Assembly (NCBI GenBank): GCA_035541455.1
Contig: DATKNH010000013.1
Location: forward strand, 4,780-68,779
DNA: 64,000 nt
From: Syntrophorhabdales bacterium
GTDB lineage: Bacteria > Desulfobacterota > Syntrophorhabdia > Syntrophorhabdales > WCHB1-27
Reading direction: 5' to 3'
Below are positions 1-7,962 of this stretch, piece after piece. Both the position numbers and the translations under genes were made by a program. The notes beneath the pieces are model-generated. The model did no database searches, was not told the origin of the DNA, and was given only the letters and a program-made list of their open reading frames with translations. Positions within the stretch are counted from its first letter, which is position 1. Every line of letters starts with the position of its first letter.

Positions 1-6
1 TCCTTC

Positions 7-537
7 TTATCCGTACTGCGCTACAAACTGGTCCCACTTGCCCTGTGCCCTTAAAATAAACTCGGCCAGTTCACGGGCTACTCCTCTACCTCCGCCGGCC
101 TTTGTAACGAGGTCAGCGATTGCTCTGGCCTCGGGCGAGCCGTCTGCCGGAGCCACAGAGAAGAAGACCCGCTTCATGATCCCGAGGTCGATCATCTCAT
201 CGCCCACGTAGCATATGTCGTCGTCCTTCAGCCCCGACTGCTTCTCGAACTCGTCGAGCCTTGCCATCTTTGCTGAACTCCCCCAGAGCATATCAGGTGG
301 AACACCGTAAATTGTTGCCATCTGTTCCACGTCTCTCGCGACCTTGCTTGTCAGGAAGGAAACGCCGACGCCGGAATCCATGAGTGCCTTGATACCGATG
401 CGGTCATGGAGGCAGAACGCTTCAGACTTCACGCCGTCCTGTGTGTAAAAGAGCGTGTTGTCTGTGAGTATGCCATGAATATCGAAGATAACGAACTTCA
501 CTTTTTTTGCTTTTTCGGTTGCATCTGCCTGGCTCAT
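7..537 (-). CDS. HAD-superfamily IIIA (KdsC-like) phosphatase-fold protein; candidate PpcD-like (delta) subunit of a phenylphosphate-type carboxylase
   Basis: 176-aa ORF. KdsC-like layout with motif I region KFVIFDIHGILTDN and motif IV-like YVGDEMIDLGIMK. Tandem paralog of 551-1108. Same strand and downstream of a UbiD-family gene. Confidence 0.7.
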   Translation of the reverse strand: MSQADATEKAKKVKFVIFDIHGILTDNTLFYTQDGVKSEAFCLHDRIGIKALMDSGVGVSFLTSKVARDVEQMATIYGVPPDMLWGSSAKMARLDEFEKQSGLKDDDICYVGDEMIDLGIMKRVFFSVAPADGSPEARAIADLVTKAGGGRGVARELAEFILRAQGKWDQFVAQYG

Positions 538-550
538 AGACTCACCCCCC

Positions 551-1108
551 TTATTTGTAACCCATCTTTGTTACCTTCTCCACCCACTCATCCCACTTGC
601 CCATTGACCGCAGGATGAATTCACATACTTCCCTTATCGGGCCTTTGCCCCCTGGCGCTGCGGTCACGTAGTGGGCCAACTCTTTCACTTCTGGAATGGC
701 ATCGGCCACGGCCACCGCAAATCCTGCTTTTTTCATCAGCGGGATATCCGTCAACTCGCAACCGATGTAGCCGATCTGCTCGTCTGTCAGATTCAAATCT
801 TTCTTCAACTCTTCCAGTTTGGCCGCTTTGTCCTTGACTGCAAAATACATCTTGTCCAGCTTCAGCTCCTTCGCCCGATACAATCCTTCCCCATCAATAG
901 AGGTGGAATCGAGGAAAACAGGCTTGATGTCATTTGCCATCATCGACAGATCGCCAAAGCCGTCCATGTGCCAGAAGGCGTAGCGCCTGTTTCCTTCCAC
1001 ATCGCAGAAGACCGTATTAGTCGTCAGTACGCCGTGAATATCATGGGCAAACAGCTTTATCTTCTTTGCTCTCTCTTTCGCAGCGTTCATATCCTTTTCC
1101 GATGCCAT
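551..1108 (-). CDS. HAD-superfamily IIIA (KdsC-like) phosphatase-fold protein, second PpcD-like paralog
   Basis: 185-aa ORF. Motif I region KLFAHDIHGVLTTN, motif IV-like YIGCELTDIPLMK, C-terminal EFILRSMGKWDEW parallel to AEFILRAQGKWDQF in the neighbour. Confidence 0.7.
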   Translation of the reverse strand: MASEKDMNAAKERAKKIKLFAHDIHGVLTTNTVFCDVEGNRRYAFWHMDGFGDLSMMANDIKPVFLDSTSIDGEGLYRAKELKLDKMYFAVKDKAAKLEELKKDLNLTDEQIGYIGCELTDIPLMKKAGFAVAVADAIPEVKELAHYVTAAPGGKGPIREVCEFILRSMGKWDEWVEKVTKMGYK

Positions 1109-1248
1109 CGCTTCTCCCCCTTAGTCTATTAATGGGGCTCGCGTCGCCCCCTCCATCGGCAAAGCCGCCGGAGCCTCCCCTTCTCGCTCGCGGCGCTCGC
1201 TAGATAGATTTCGCGGCCGATCCGCAAGCGGGTCCGGGCTCGCGCTAC

Positions 1249-2667
1249 TCAATCTATTCCATACTCAGCCCATCTGGCCTTCACTTTAGAAAGCATGCCT
1301 TCCGAGAGTTTGATCTCTGAAGGTTTGACCTTCCAATCAAACGGTATGGTGGCGTCCATGATGATGCGTGACGTGATGAACTTGTTTTCGTCGGCGCCGA
1401 TTGCCGGGTCTAGAGGAGTTGACCTTCCCCTGTTGATGATCTGTGTGCCGCGCGAAGGGCTGTAACGCGTCCCCAGCGCCCACCAGACTCTCGGGAGATC
1501 GTCTGCGTCAATATCGTCATCTACGATAATAACGCATTTAATGCCGTAGGTGCCCGTATTACTCGCGATGACCGCAGCCCCTACCTGATCCGCGTGACCG
1601 GGGTACATCTGCTGGACCGAGACCACTACAATGAAACGTCCTGAGCCTTCCGGCAATGTGTAAACCGATTTTATGCCGGGGATCTCCATCTTGGTAAGAT
1701 CGGTCCACAGGGATGCATTACGCGTGAAGGCGTAGAGCATGTGCTGATCACCTACGGGCCTGCCCACGCTTGTCTCCCACAGAATGGGATTGTTTCTGAA
1801 ATAGACGCGCTGTACGTTAAGTGCCGGCTTTGGGATAGGCTTTATCAGCTCCTCCGTGTAGTACCCGGTGTATTCACCGAAGGGCCCTTCGTTACGGAGC
1901 TGCTGCGGGTCGATCTCTCCTTCCAGAACTATCTCCGCAGCAGCGGGAATGGGCAGGCCTGTGAGCTGCCCCTTCACCACTTCAACGGGCTCACCGCGCA
2001 GAGAGCTCACAACATCGTACCCGCTCTTGGCCTTGACGGTCGCAGCGCTCGCAAAGATATGGAGGGGATCCCCGCCTATGATGGCACACGCCGGCATCTT
2101 CTTGCCGGCCTTGCCATACTTCTTCATGATCCGGTCTCCGGTTTTCCCTTTGAGTATCTGGACTCCTATAGTCTTGTTGTCGAGGATGCCCATACGATAG
2201 GTGCCCAGGTTTATGTTCCCCGTCTCCGGGTCCTGCAGAACCATGAATACTGCGGTGCCGAAGTAGCGTCCTCCGTCCAGCTCATAGAATTTCGGAGAAG
2301 GAAAGGCAAACGTGTCCACTTTATCAGCCTCGACGATGTTTTCGAAGATAGGGCCGTCTTTCACTTCCTTCGCCCGAAGCACCTCTTTGACTGCGATATT
2401 CACCCATTCCTTTGTGAGCTGCACCATGGAGAGGTCCGGGTTTTTGCCGAGTATCATCGCCAATCTCTGCGTTGTACCGAACGCACCGGTCAGGACGGGA
2501 CTCTTATATCCCTTCACGTTCTCAAATAGAAGTGCAGGGCCACTTTTCTCTTCAACGATCTTTGCGACATGAGAGATTTCCAGATCCCAATCAACCTCGG
2601 CCTTGACTCTCTTCAGTTGACCTACCTTCTCACACTGTGCCACGAAATCCCGAAGATCCATAGACAC
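1249..2667 (-). CDS. UbiD-family (prFMN-dependent) (de)carboxylase; phenylphosphate carboxylase alpha/beta-like
   Basis: 472-aa ORF. Length and N-terminus (DLRDFVAQCEKVGQLKRVKAEVDWDLEISHV...LFENVKGY) are typical of the UbiD family. Clustered with pps-like and PpcD-like genes. Confidence 0.85.
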   Translation of the reverse strand: MSMDLRDFVAQCEKVGQLKRVKAEVDWDLEISHVAKIVEEKSGPALLFENVKGYKSPVLTGAFGTTQRLAMILGKNPDLSMVQLTKEWVNIAVKEVLRAKEVKDGPIFENIVEADKVDTFAFPSPKFYELDGGRYFGTAVFMVLQDPETGNINLGTYRMGILDNKTIGVQILKGKTGDRIMKKYGKAGKKMPACAIIGGDPLHIFASAATVKAKSGYDVVSSLRGEPVEVVKGQLTGLPIPAAAEIVLEGEIDPQQLRNEGPFGEYTGYYTEELIKPIPKPALNVQRVYFRNNPILWETSVGRPVGDQHMLYAFTRNASLWTDLTKMEIPGIKSVYTLPEGSGRFIVVVSVQQMYPGHADQVGAAVIASNTGTYGIKCVIIVDDDIDADDLPRVWWALGTRYSPSRGTQIINRGRSTPLDPAIGADENKFITSRIIMDATIPFDWKVKPSEIKLSEGMLSKVKARWAEYGID

Positions 2668-2675
2668 CCCCTTTT

Positions 2676-2800
2676 CAGTGAACAGTTAATAGCGAGCAGT
2701 TGAAAGGAACAAACATCCGGTAAACAGTAAATGTATCAGCCGGATCAAGAGAAACGCTGCAGTGTTTACGGCTGCTCACTGCTTACCGCTCACTATTCCA
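2676..2800 (-). repeat. Long imperfect inverted repeat forming a structured 5' leader of the UbiD operon
   Basis: AGTGAACAGTTAATAGCGAGCAG (2677-2699) matches the reverse complement of 2772-2794 at 17/23 positions. An inner pair CCGGTAAACAG (2717-2727) / CAGTGTTTACGG (2760-2771) is also present. Lies between the predicted TSS (about 2802) and the start codon at 2667. Confidence 0.55.
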
Positions 2801-2808
2801 TTTTACCC

Positions 2809-2871
2809 ATTCTATGATATCTGCTTGACATGTCAATTTATTTGTTCTTATATTCTATAAGTAAAACTTAT
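2809..2871 (-). promoter_or_regulatory. Sigma70-type promoter plus LysR-type T-N11-A box for the UbiD/HAD operon; overlaps the divergent LysR promoter and start codon
   Basis: Minus strand reads TTGACA (2836-2831), 16-nt spacer, TAGAAT (2814-2809). The palindrome ATAAG-TAAAA-CTTAT (2857-2871) is centred about -62. The 12-bp perfect palindrome TTGACATGTCAA (2825-2836) also gives a plus-strand -35, followed after 17 nt by TTATAT, for the LysR gene. Confidence 0.6.
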
Positions 2872-3757
2872 GCTTTCCTATTCCCTTGGCTCTCTCATTG
2901 TCTTTTCCAGAGTGGTTCAACACAGAAGTTTCTCCAAGGCGGCGGATGCCCTCCTTATGACGCAGCCGGGAGTTTCGAATCACGTTGCGCAGCTGGAGGC
3001 GCAGACGGGCCTGAAGCTCCTGAAGAGGGACAGGGGAAAATTTGAGCTTACCAAGGAAGGCAGGGTGATCTATCGTTACGCGCAGAAACTGGAAAAGATG
3101 GCAGAGGATCTGGAGAATACTCTGCGCACGTTGCACAAAGAACTGCGCCCTTATCTTCGCATAGGGACTGTGCCTACGTATTCGAGGATCATGATGCCCT
3201 ACGTGCTGGGAGATTTTCAGAAGACGTATCCAAACATAAAGATAAGGCTGGACGTGGGCTCTTCCAATGAAATGAAAAAAAGCCTCGTCGCCGGCCAGAA
3301 CGATATCGTTATCGCAGCCACGCTTCACGTCTCGAAGAAGATGCAAGCCTTCCCGGTCCTGAGGGAGGAACTCGTATTGATAACGGCCAATGGTCACCCT
3401 CTGGCACGCAGGAGGACAGTCTCTCTATCCGACATTAAAGCCTACCCTTTGATTATCAGGGAGGAGGGTTCTGCAACCCGGGATGTGGTGCTTGCAGCCT
3501 TTTCACGAATTGGCATTGCTCCTTCCGTGCTGATCGAAGCAAAAAGTACTGAATTCATCAAGGAGTGGGTAGCGCAAGAAAAGGGTGTTTCCATACTTAT
3601 CAGGCGTGCCGTGAACGAAGAAGAGGATAAGTCCATCACCCGTATCTCTTTACGCGACCCCCTTTTCCTGGAGGTTTCTGTCCTCTTCCTCAAGGCGAGG
3701 CGCTATGATCCTTCAATCCAGAAATTCGTCAGCCACGTGAGAGAACTGCGGTTGTAA
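2870..3757 (+). CDS. LysR-family transcriptional regulator
   Basis: 295-aa ORF with N-terminal wHTH (VVQHRSFSKAADALLMTQPGVSNHVAQLE) and a C-terminal substrate-binding-like domain. Divergent from the UbiD operon. Confidence 0.9.
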   Translation: MLSYSLGSLIVFSRVVQHRSFSKAADALLMTQPGVSNHVAQLEAQTGLKLLKRDRGKFELTKEGRVIYRYAQKLEKMAEDLENTLRTLHKELRPYLRIGTVPTYSRIMMPYVLGDFQKTYPNIKIRLDVGSSNEMKKSLVAGQNDIVIAATLHVSKKMQAFPVLREELVLITANGHPLARRRTVSLSDIKAYPLIIREEGSATRDVVLAAFSRIGIAPSVLIEAKSTEFIKEWVAQEKGVSILIRRAVNEEEDKSITRISLRDPLFLEVSVLFLKARRYDPSIQKFVSHVRELRL

Positions 3758-3771
3758 GCGTCCGATGGAGT

Positions 3772-4191
3772 CTACGTTCTAGTTTTGCATTTCTTGATGA
3801 TTTTTTCTGGAAGCTCGCTGCAGACTTCCTGAACAATCTTTATCTCATCCTCCGTCAGCTTATCCCAGTGAATACCTGCGGTGACTACAGCATTGCGGTT
3901 GAGTCTGCGGGCGAGTTCCTCGGCAAGCGGTTTGACCAGCAGGTCTTCCTTGTGGCCCGCAAATGTGAAGACTGAGCTGGTAGCCGATGTCTCTTCAGGG
4001 TCTTTGAGGCTCTGGCGCGGCTGGGCCATTCCGACGGCGCCTACGTGAGGGTATGTGCCGCCCCATACGGCCACCAGGATGTCCGGACCCATCTCGTAGA
4101 TGATTGCGCTTACCTTGAACTTCCCCTTTCTTACGGATACTGCGCCAGATTTTACAGAAGATGAAAGACCTGTGCCGGGAGCGGCTGCCAC
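3772..4191 (-). CDS. Small conserved soluble protein; possible LpdD-like prenylated-flavin chaperone (tentative)
   Basis: 139-aa ORF (GTG start 1 nt after the upstream stop). Core VAVWGGTYPHVGAVGMAQP. Assignment rests on my recollection of the LpdD family plus UbiD context, so it is weak. Confidence 0.35.
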   Translation of the reverse strand: MAAAPGTGLSSSVKSGAVSVRKGKFKVSAIIYEMGPDILVAVWGGTYPHVGAVGMAQPRQSLKDPEETSATSSVFTFAGHKEDLLVKPLAEELARRLNRNAVVTAGIHWDKLTEDEIKIVQEVCSELPEKIIKKCKTRT

Positions 4192-4192
4192 C

Positions 4193-5425
4193 TTACAGTG
4201 TCCCCGCCCGTGAGGCTCTTATCATGCCGTCAAGAATATCGACCGCCCGCTCTGCGAAAGCAGGTTCGCTTATGTGTACGTCGAGTTCTTCCACGGGTAT
4301 GCGTGGATCAAGGAGCGATTTGAGCTTTTCTGTAAAGATGCGATCAACAGCAGGATCAAAGAGTGCCATACCTTGCTTGTCTGCATCCGACCAGCCTTTC
4401 GTGGGGATGAGCACCCGAGCGGGACCTCTACCTTTATTCAGCTTCTCTGCCACTATGCGAGCAAACTTTTCCATTTCAGGAGCTTCCATGCGCACACAGA
4501 ACCGAGTGTCATGGCCGTGAATTCTTCTTCCCTTCAATTCGTCAGGCATAGGATAATACGGGCTGAATACGGCGTTGTCAAGCCCACCCGGCGCGAAGAT
4601 AAGCGGGATGCCCATTCTGCCCGCGGTCTCAAGCCGCTCCGGTCCTATTCCTTTGCAGTACCCTCCGAACATCTCATCGGCTATCTCATGAGGATTGAAA
4701 TCGAGCGCACCTGCAATGAGGCCTTCTGCGATCATCTCTTCCATCGCCATACCGCCGCAACCATTCGCATGAAAACCGATCATATCGTATCCTCGCGCAT
4801 CCAGAAGCGGCTCTGCGAGCACTGCGCAGCCGGAATTGATCCCGTACGCAGTAACGCCGACCATAGGCCGTTCTGTTCTGATCGTGCTCTCCTTTTCCAT
4901 CATGCCGCAGACGGCATAGGCTGCCTGGGCGAGGATATGGCGCATGAAATCGTTAAACCCCAGAAGGTCTGCTACCGAGTGAAACATCAGGATATCTTTT
5001 GTCCCGACATACTCTCTGACGTCCCGTGACGCGACCGTAGACACGGCCACCTTGGGGAAACCGAAGGGCAGCGACCGCATGATTGAAGTTACTATAGCGG
5101 TTCCCGTACCGCCTCCGAGACCTATGACGCCGTCTATCTGACCTCTTTGTTGAAGGCGCGTTGCGATGATGGCCCCGCCCGTTTGAACGGTCCTGACTGC
5201 ATTTGACCTGGTCTGCTTTGTGATGCTCGCAGCCAGATCTGAGCCGGCTGCAGATGCAAGATCGTCACGCGTAAGGTCGGGAGGCGCCTGGGGTGGGCCG
5301 AGGGTTCCCACGTCCATGAGCATTGTCTTGACGCCCCGCCCCTCGGCGCACTCCTTGATGTAGGCTGCCTCCCGCCCCTTGGTGTCCAGTGTGGCAATAA
5401 CAAGAAGTCTTTTTCGTGAACTCAT
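4193..5425 (-). CDS. UPF0261 / Tm-1-like ATP-binding domain protein
   Basis: 410-aa ORF. N-terminus RLLVIATLDTKGREAAYIKECAEGRGVKTMLMDVGTLGPP matches the characteristic UPF0261 start (xxGTxDTKGxE...vDvg). Confidence 0.7.
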   Translation of the reverse strand: MSSRKRLLVIATLDTKGREAAYIKECAEGRGVKTMLMDVGTLGPPQAPPDLTRDDLASAAGSDLAASITKQTRSNAVRTVQTGGAIIATRLQQRGQIDGVIGLGGGTGTAIVTSIMRSLPFGFPKVAVSTVASRDVREYVGTKDILMFHSVADLLGFNDFMRHILAQAAYAVCGMMEKESTIRTERPMVGVTAYGINSGCAVLAEPLLDARGYDMIGFHANGCGGMAMEEMIAEGLIAGALDFNPHEIADEMFGGYCKGIGPERLETAGRMGIPLIFAPGGLDNAVFSPYYPMPDELKGRRIHGHDTRFCVRMEAPEMEKFARIVAEKLNKGRGPARVLIPTKGWSDADKQGMALFDPAVDRIFTEKLKSLLDPRIPVEELDVHISEPAFAERAVDILDGMIRASRAGTL

Positions 5426-5468
5426 GCAAGCCTGATAGAATTCTCCGCTCGGTTTACTGCCCCTCTTC

Positions 5469-6620
5469 CTAGACGCTTTGGTCTGGCGGTGGGGTTCCGG
5501 GCGGTGTAGGTAGCGTCAATGGCCATCTCAGAAAAAAGGCGTTGTGGGCAATAAAGCCCGGTGCCAAAATACAAAGGTTGAGATAGATGATGAGTATGTT
5601 TATGTCTGCAGGAAGCTTGGCAGCTGCTACACTGTCAGCCACTGGTCCCAATATCACATTGCAGATGGCTATCCAGATGGCGCTGATCACGATCACTATT
5701 ACGAAGGCCGCAACCGCCCTTGCCGCTCCCGTAAGCTTCGTGATCCCCCAGAACTGAAAATGCCAGGAGTAAAAGAGCGACCAGGTGATTATAGAAGAAG
5801 CCACGGCCCCAAAGGAGAACGAGGGGCTGACACCAAGTGCCAGGCTCCCCTGCCAGCAAATCAACGCGAGAATGTGCGAAAGGATGGTCTGGCCTATAGC
5901 TGCTCCGGGATGCCCCCATTTCCTGAACGGCCAGCCCTGCGTTACAAACACCGGGCAGAACACGAAAAACCAGGCGATTGCCCATACAATGTATCCGGTA
6001 AGCCAGTTCACATTGAGAGGACCTTTATGGTCCATCGGGGCATTGGCAACAGGTGTTCCGTCAAGATTGGTCAGGAAATTCCAGACTAGGATGGTAACGA
6101 CCATGACAACAATGAACCCTGCCACCATAGTGCCCCAGGGATGGAGTCGTCCTTTAAAGGGCCAGGTGTTCCAGTTCTTGCCGTAGAGGAGCGTACACCA
6201 GAACCCTATTGCGCCAAACCAGAGATAGAGAGGCCCTATCGGCCACTGCGGATAGACGAACCGCATGAAAAGCAAGATGACAAACGTGAATATGCCCCAC
6301 AGGATGGTCATTTTGACTCCCACTGCGAAGCGAGACATTGCAGGCGTCCAGTTACCTGCAGGAGGCGCGCACGGAAAGCAATCCCCTATAAGTACCAGGT
6401 GCCCTTCCGCGATGAGCATGATAAGAATGGCAGGCAGAAGTTTCAGTACAAGCAATGCCGGCGGCACGGCGTACACAAAAAGAATTGTGCCAAGGATGGT
6501 GAGACCGATGAATTGGATGAGGCCACCCAATCTCCCTTCGGGACCAACACCGATCTTCGATTTCGTATCGTCTCCAAGTACCTCCCCCGCGCCAATTGTT
6601 GCCTCTCTTTCATTCCCCAT
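5469..6620 (-). CDS. Polytopic Trp-rich integral membrane protein, unknown function
   Basis: About 10 hydrophobic segments. Start chosen at MGNEREAT (6620), preceded by GGGGAGAGGAG. The 30-aa basic extension in the ORF track has no RBS. Confidence 0.6.
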   Translation of the reverse strand: MGNEREATIGAGEVLGDDTKSKIGVGPEGRLGGLIQFIGLTILGTILFVYAVPPALLVLKLLPAILIMLIAEGHLVLIGDCFPCAPPAGNWTPAMSRFAVGVKMTILWGIFTFVILLFMRFVYPQWPIGPLYLWFGAIGFWCTLLYGKNWNTWPFKGRLHPWGTMVAGFIVVMVVTILVWNFLTNLDGTPVANAPMDHKGPLNVNWLTGYIVWAIAWFFVFCPVFVTQGWPFRKWGHPGAAIGQTILSHILALICWQGSLALGVSPSFSFGAVASSIITWSLFYSWHFQFWGITKLTGAARAVAAFVIVIVISAIWIAICNVILGPVADSVAAAKLPADINILIIYLNLCILAPGFIAHNAFFLRWPLTLPTPPGTPPPDQSV

Positions 6621-6777
6621 AATCTCCTCTCCCCTTTTTTGTGCACTTGTTCGATGCCTTGCACTATGCGCCGCTTGCCGTTCCCCTCGCGGTCGCTTGC
6701 ATCGCCCCATCTCTACCGATCAGCCGCTTCGAAACCTGCCGCTCTCTTGATCATCCGATGCGATTGAGCATGCGAAC

Positions 6778-7842
6778 CTATTTTATCCTCACCCCCGTCA
6801 GTAACTGGCCTAAGATGCGGTCCATGGCATCTTTCTTCTGTTCAGTTTTTGGCGCAACCTCCTTCTTGCTCCAGACGGATTCAGGTCTCACCTGGAGAAT
6901 GATGATATTTTCGGGGAACTGAAAATCGGCATCGATCCCGAACTCGATGTCGTAAGGTTTTCCATAATAGTTCTCGATCAATTTTCCGACGCGGGCAAGC
7001 TCTTTCAATTCAAAGTGTGTGAGACAGGGAACACACCTCATCTCCTCAGGCACTTCTGTCTGCAGGATGTCGCTCCCATTCTCCCGGTAAACGCATTGGG
7101 TCTCTTTGCTGCCTATGGTTGTCTTTATGGTGTCGAGGGTGATCTTGTCGACAAGGTATGTGTCTGGCGTTACCATGCCGCTGACTACAGCCTCTCCGAG
7201 ACCGCAACTCGCATCAATCGAAATTTTTGAAAGATCGCCGTTCACGGGGTTAATGGTAAAGATTATCCCCGATACTCTGGAGTTGACCATCTTAGGGATA
7301 CCGACGCCTATATTGAAGAGGAACGGCATTCCCTTGTTCATGCGGTACATGATAGCTTCGACATTGTAGGCACTGGCCCAGCATCTCTTGACGTAGTCGA
7401 TAAGGTCCTTTTCTCCGCGTATATTGAGATATGTCTCCATCTGGCCCGGCATGGATACGGCGCCACTCGATCTGACTGCCACAGGACAGACGCCCGTCTT
7501 GCTCCTTTCGCAAAGCTTCTTGTAATTGGCGAGTATATCTTCTTCTATGTCGGATGGTACCTGCGCGTTTTCAATTAAGCGAATGCCTGTTTCGCTTGCC
7601 TGCTTTGCGGTTTCAAATGTCACCTGACCAAGCTCAGTTAGCAGTTTCTCCAGCTCTGATTTTATTCCCGTATCAACAATAAATTTCTCGTTGGCATAAA
7701 TGGTGATGCAAAATCCCGGAGCGACCGGTATGCCCGCTTTGATCATTTCTCCGAGATTGGCATTTTTCTTACCGACGAGTGGAAAGTCGTTACCGTCCAT
7801 TTCGTCGTACCAGATGGTGAGCCTTTTTTCTTTTTCTGTCAT
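6778..7842 (-). CDS. PEP-utilising enzyme, N-terminal ATP-binding (PPDK_N) module; phenylphosphate synthase beta (PpsB)-like
   Basis: FPLVGKKNANLGEMIKAGIPVAPGF resembles the PEP synthase/PPDK nucleotide-binding N-terminus. About 354 aa, with no His-swivel domain. Start at MTEKEK has a GGGGG RBS; the longer start would lie inside a repeat element. Confidence 0.8.
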   Translation of the reverse strand: MTEKEKRLTIWYDEMDGNDFPLVGKKNANLGEMIKAGIPVAPGFCITIYANEKFIVDTGIKSELEKLLTELGQVTFETAKQASETGIRLIENAQVPSDIEEDILANYKKLCERSKTGVCPVAVRSSGAVSMPGQMETYLNIRGEKDLIDYVKRCWASAYNVEAIMYRMNKGMPFLFNIGVGIPKMVNSRVSGIIFTINPVNGDLSKISIDASCGLGEAVVSGMVTPDTYLVDKITLDTIKTTIGSKETQCVYRENGSDILQTEVPEEMRCVPCLTHFELKELARVGKLIENYYGKPYDIEFGIDADFQFPENIIILQVRPESVWSKKEVAPKTEQKKDAMDRILGQLLTGVRIK

Positions 7843-7861
7843 CTTGTTACCCCCGGACTCT

Positions 7862-7953
7862 GAGGCTAAGGCCAAGGTCGAGGTTATGAAATAATTGCAT
7901 GATGCGAAGCGCTGATCTTTTCGTTTTTCTCAACCTCAACCTTAGCCTCAACC
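7862..7953. repeat. Intercistronic hairpin repeat, copy E1 (AAGGNN / NNCCTT word family)
   Basis: Left arm GAGGCTAAGGCCAAGGTCGAGGTT (7862-7885) pairs with right arm AACCTCAACCTTAGCCTCAACC (7932-7953). Shares TTTCGTTTTT (7919-7928) and ACCTCAACCT (7933-7942) with copy E2. Confidence 0.75.
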
Positions 7954-7962
7954 TGTTCTAAC

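Noticed and set aside
1109-1248. The GC-rich 140-nt spacer between ubiD and the first HAD gene, with GGGCTCGCG repeated (1135-1143, 1236-1244), considered as a possible missing small gamma-subunit gene.
   Set aside because: There is no open frame with an RBS on the minus strand. It looks like structured non-coding spacer, so I cannot support a CDS here.
1741-2529. A 262-aa plus-strand ORF, plus many similar long antisense ORFs in the track (for example 8518-9144, 15690-16310, 18072-18851, 59218-60033 and the 424-aa ORF at 60628-61902).
   Set aside because: They lie entirely antisense to genes with clear family signatures. They have low-complexity Arg/Pro/Leu-rich translations and lack RBSs. 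They are typical shadow ORFs in GC-rich coding DNA.
5469-6710. Long N-terminal extensions in the track for several genes (this one, plus 23576-24361, 26248-26457, 29560-29919, 30044-30646, 39834-40862, 47949-49187 and 51501-52313).
   Set aside because: In each case an internal Met is preceded by a good Shine-Dalgarno sequence. That Met starts a signal peptide or the conserved family N-terminus, and the extension is basic, low-complexity sequence.
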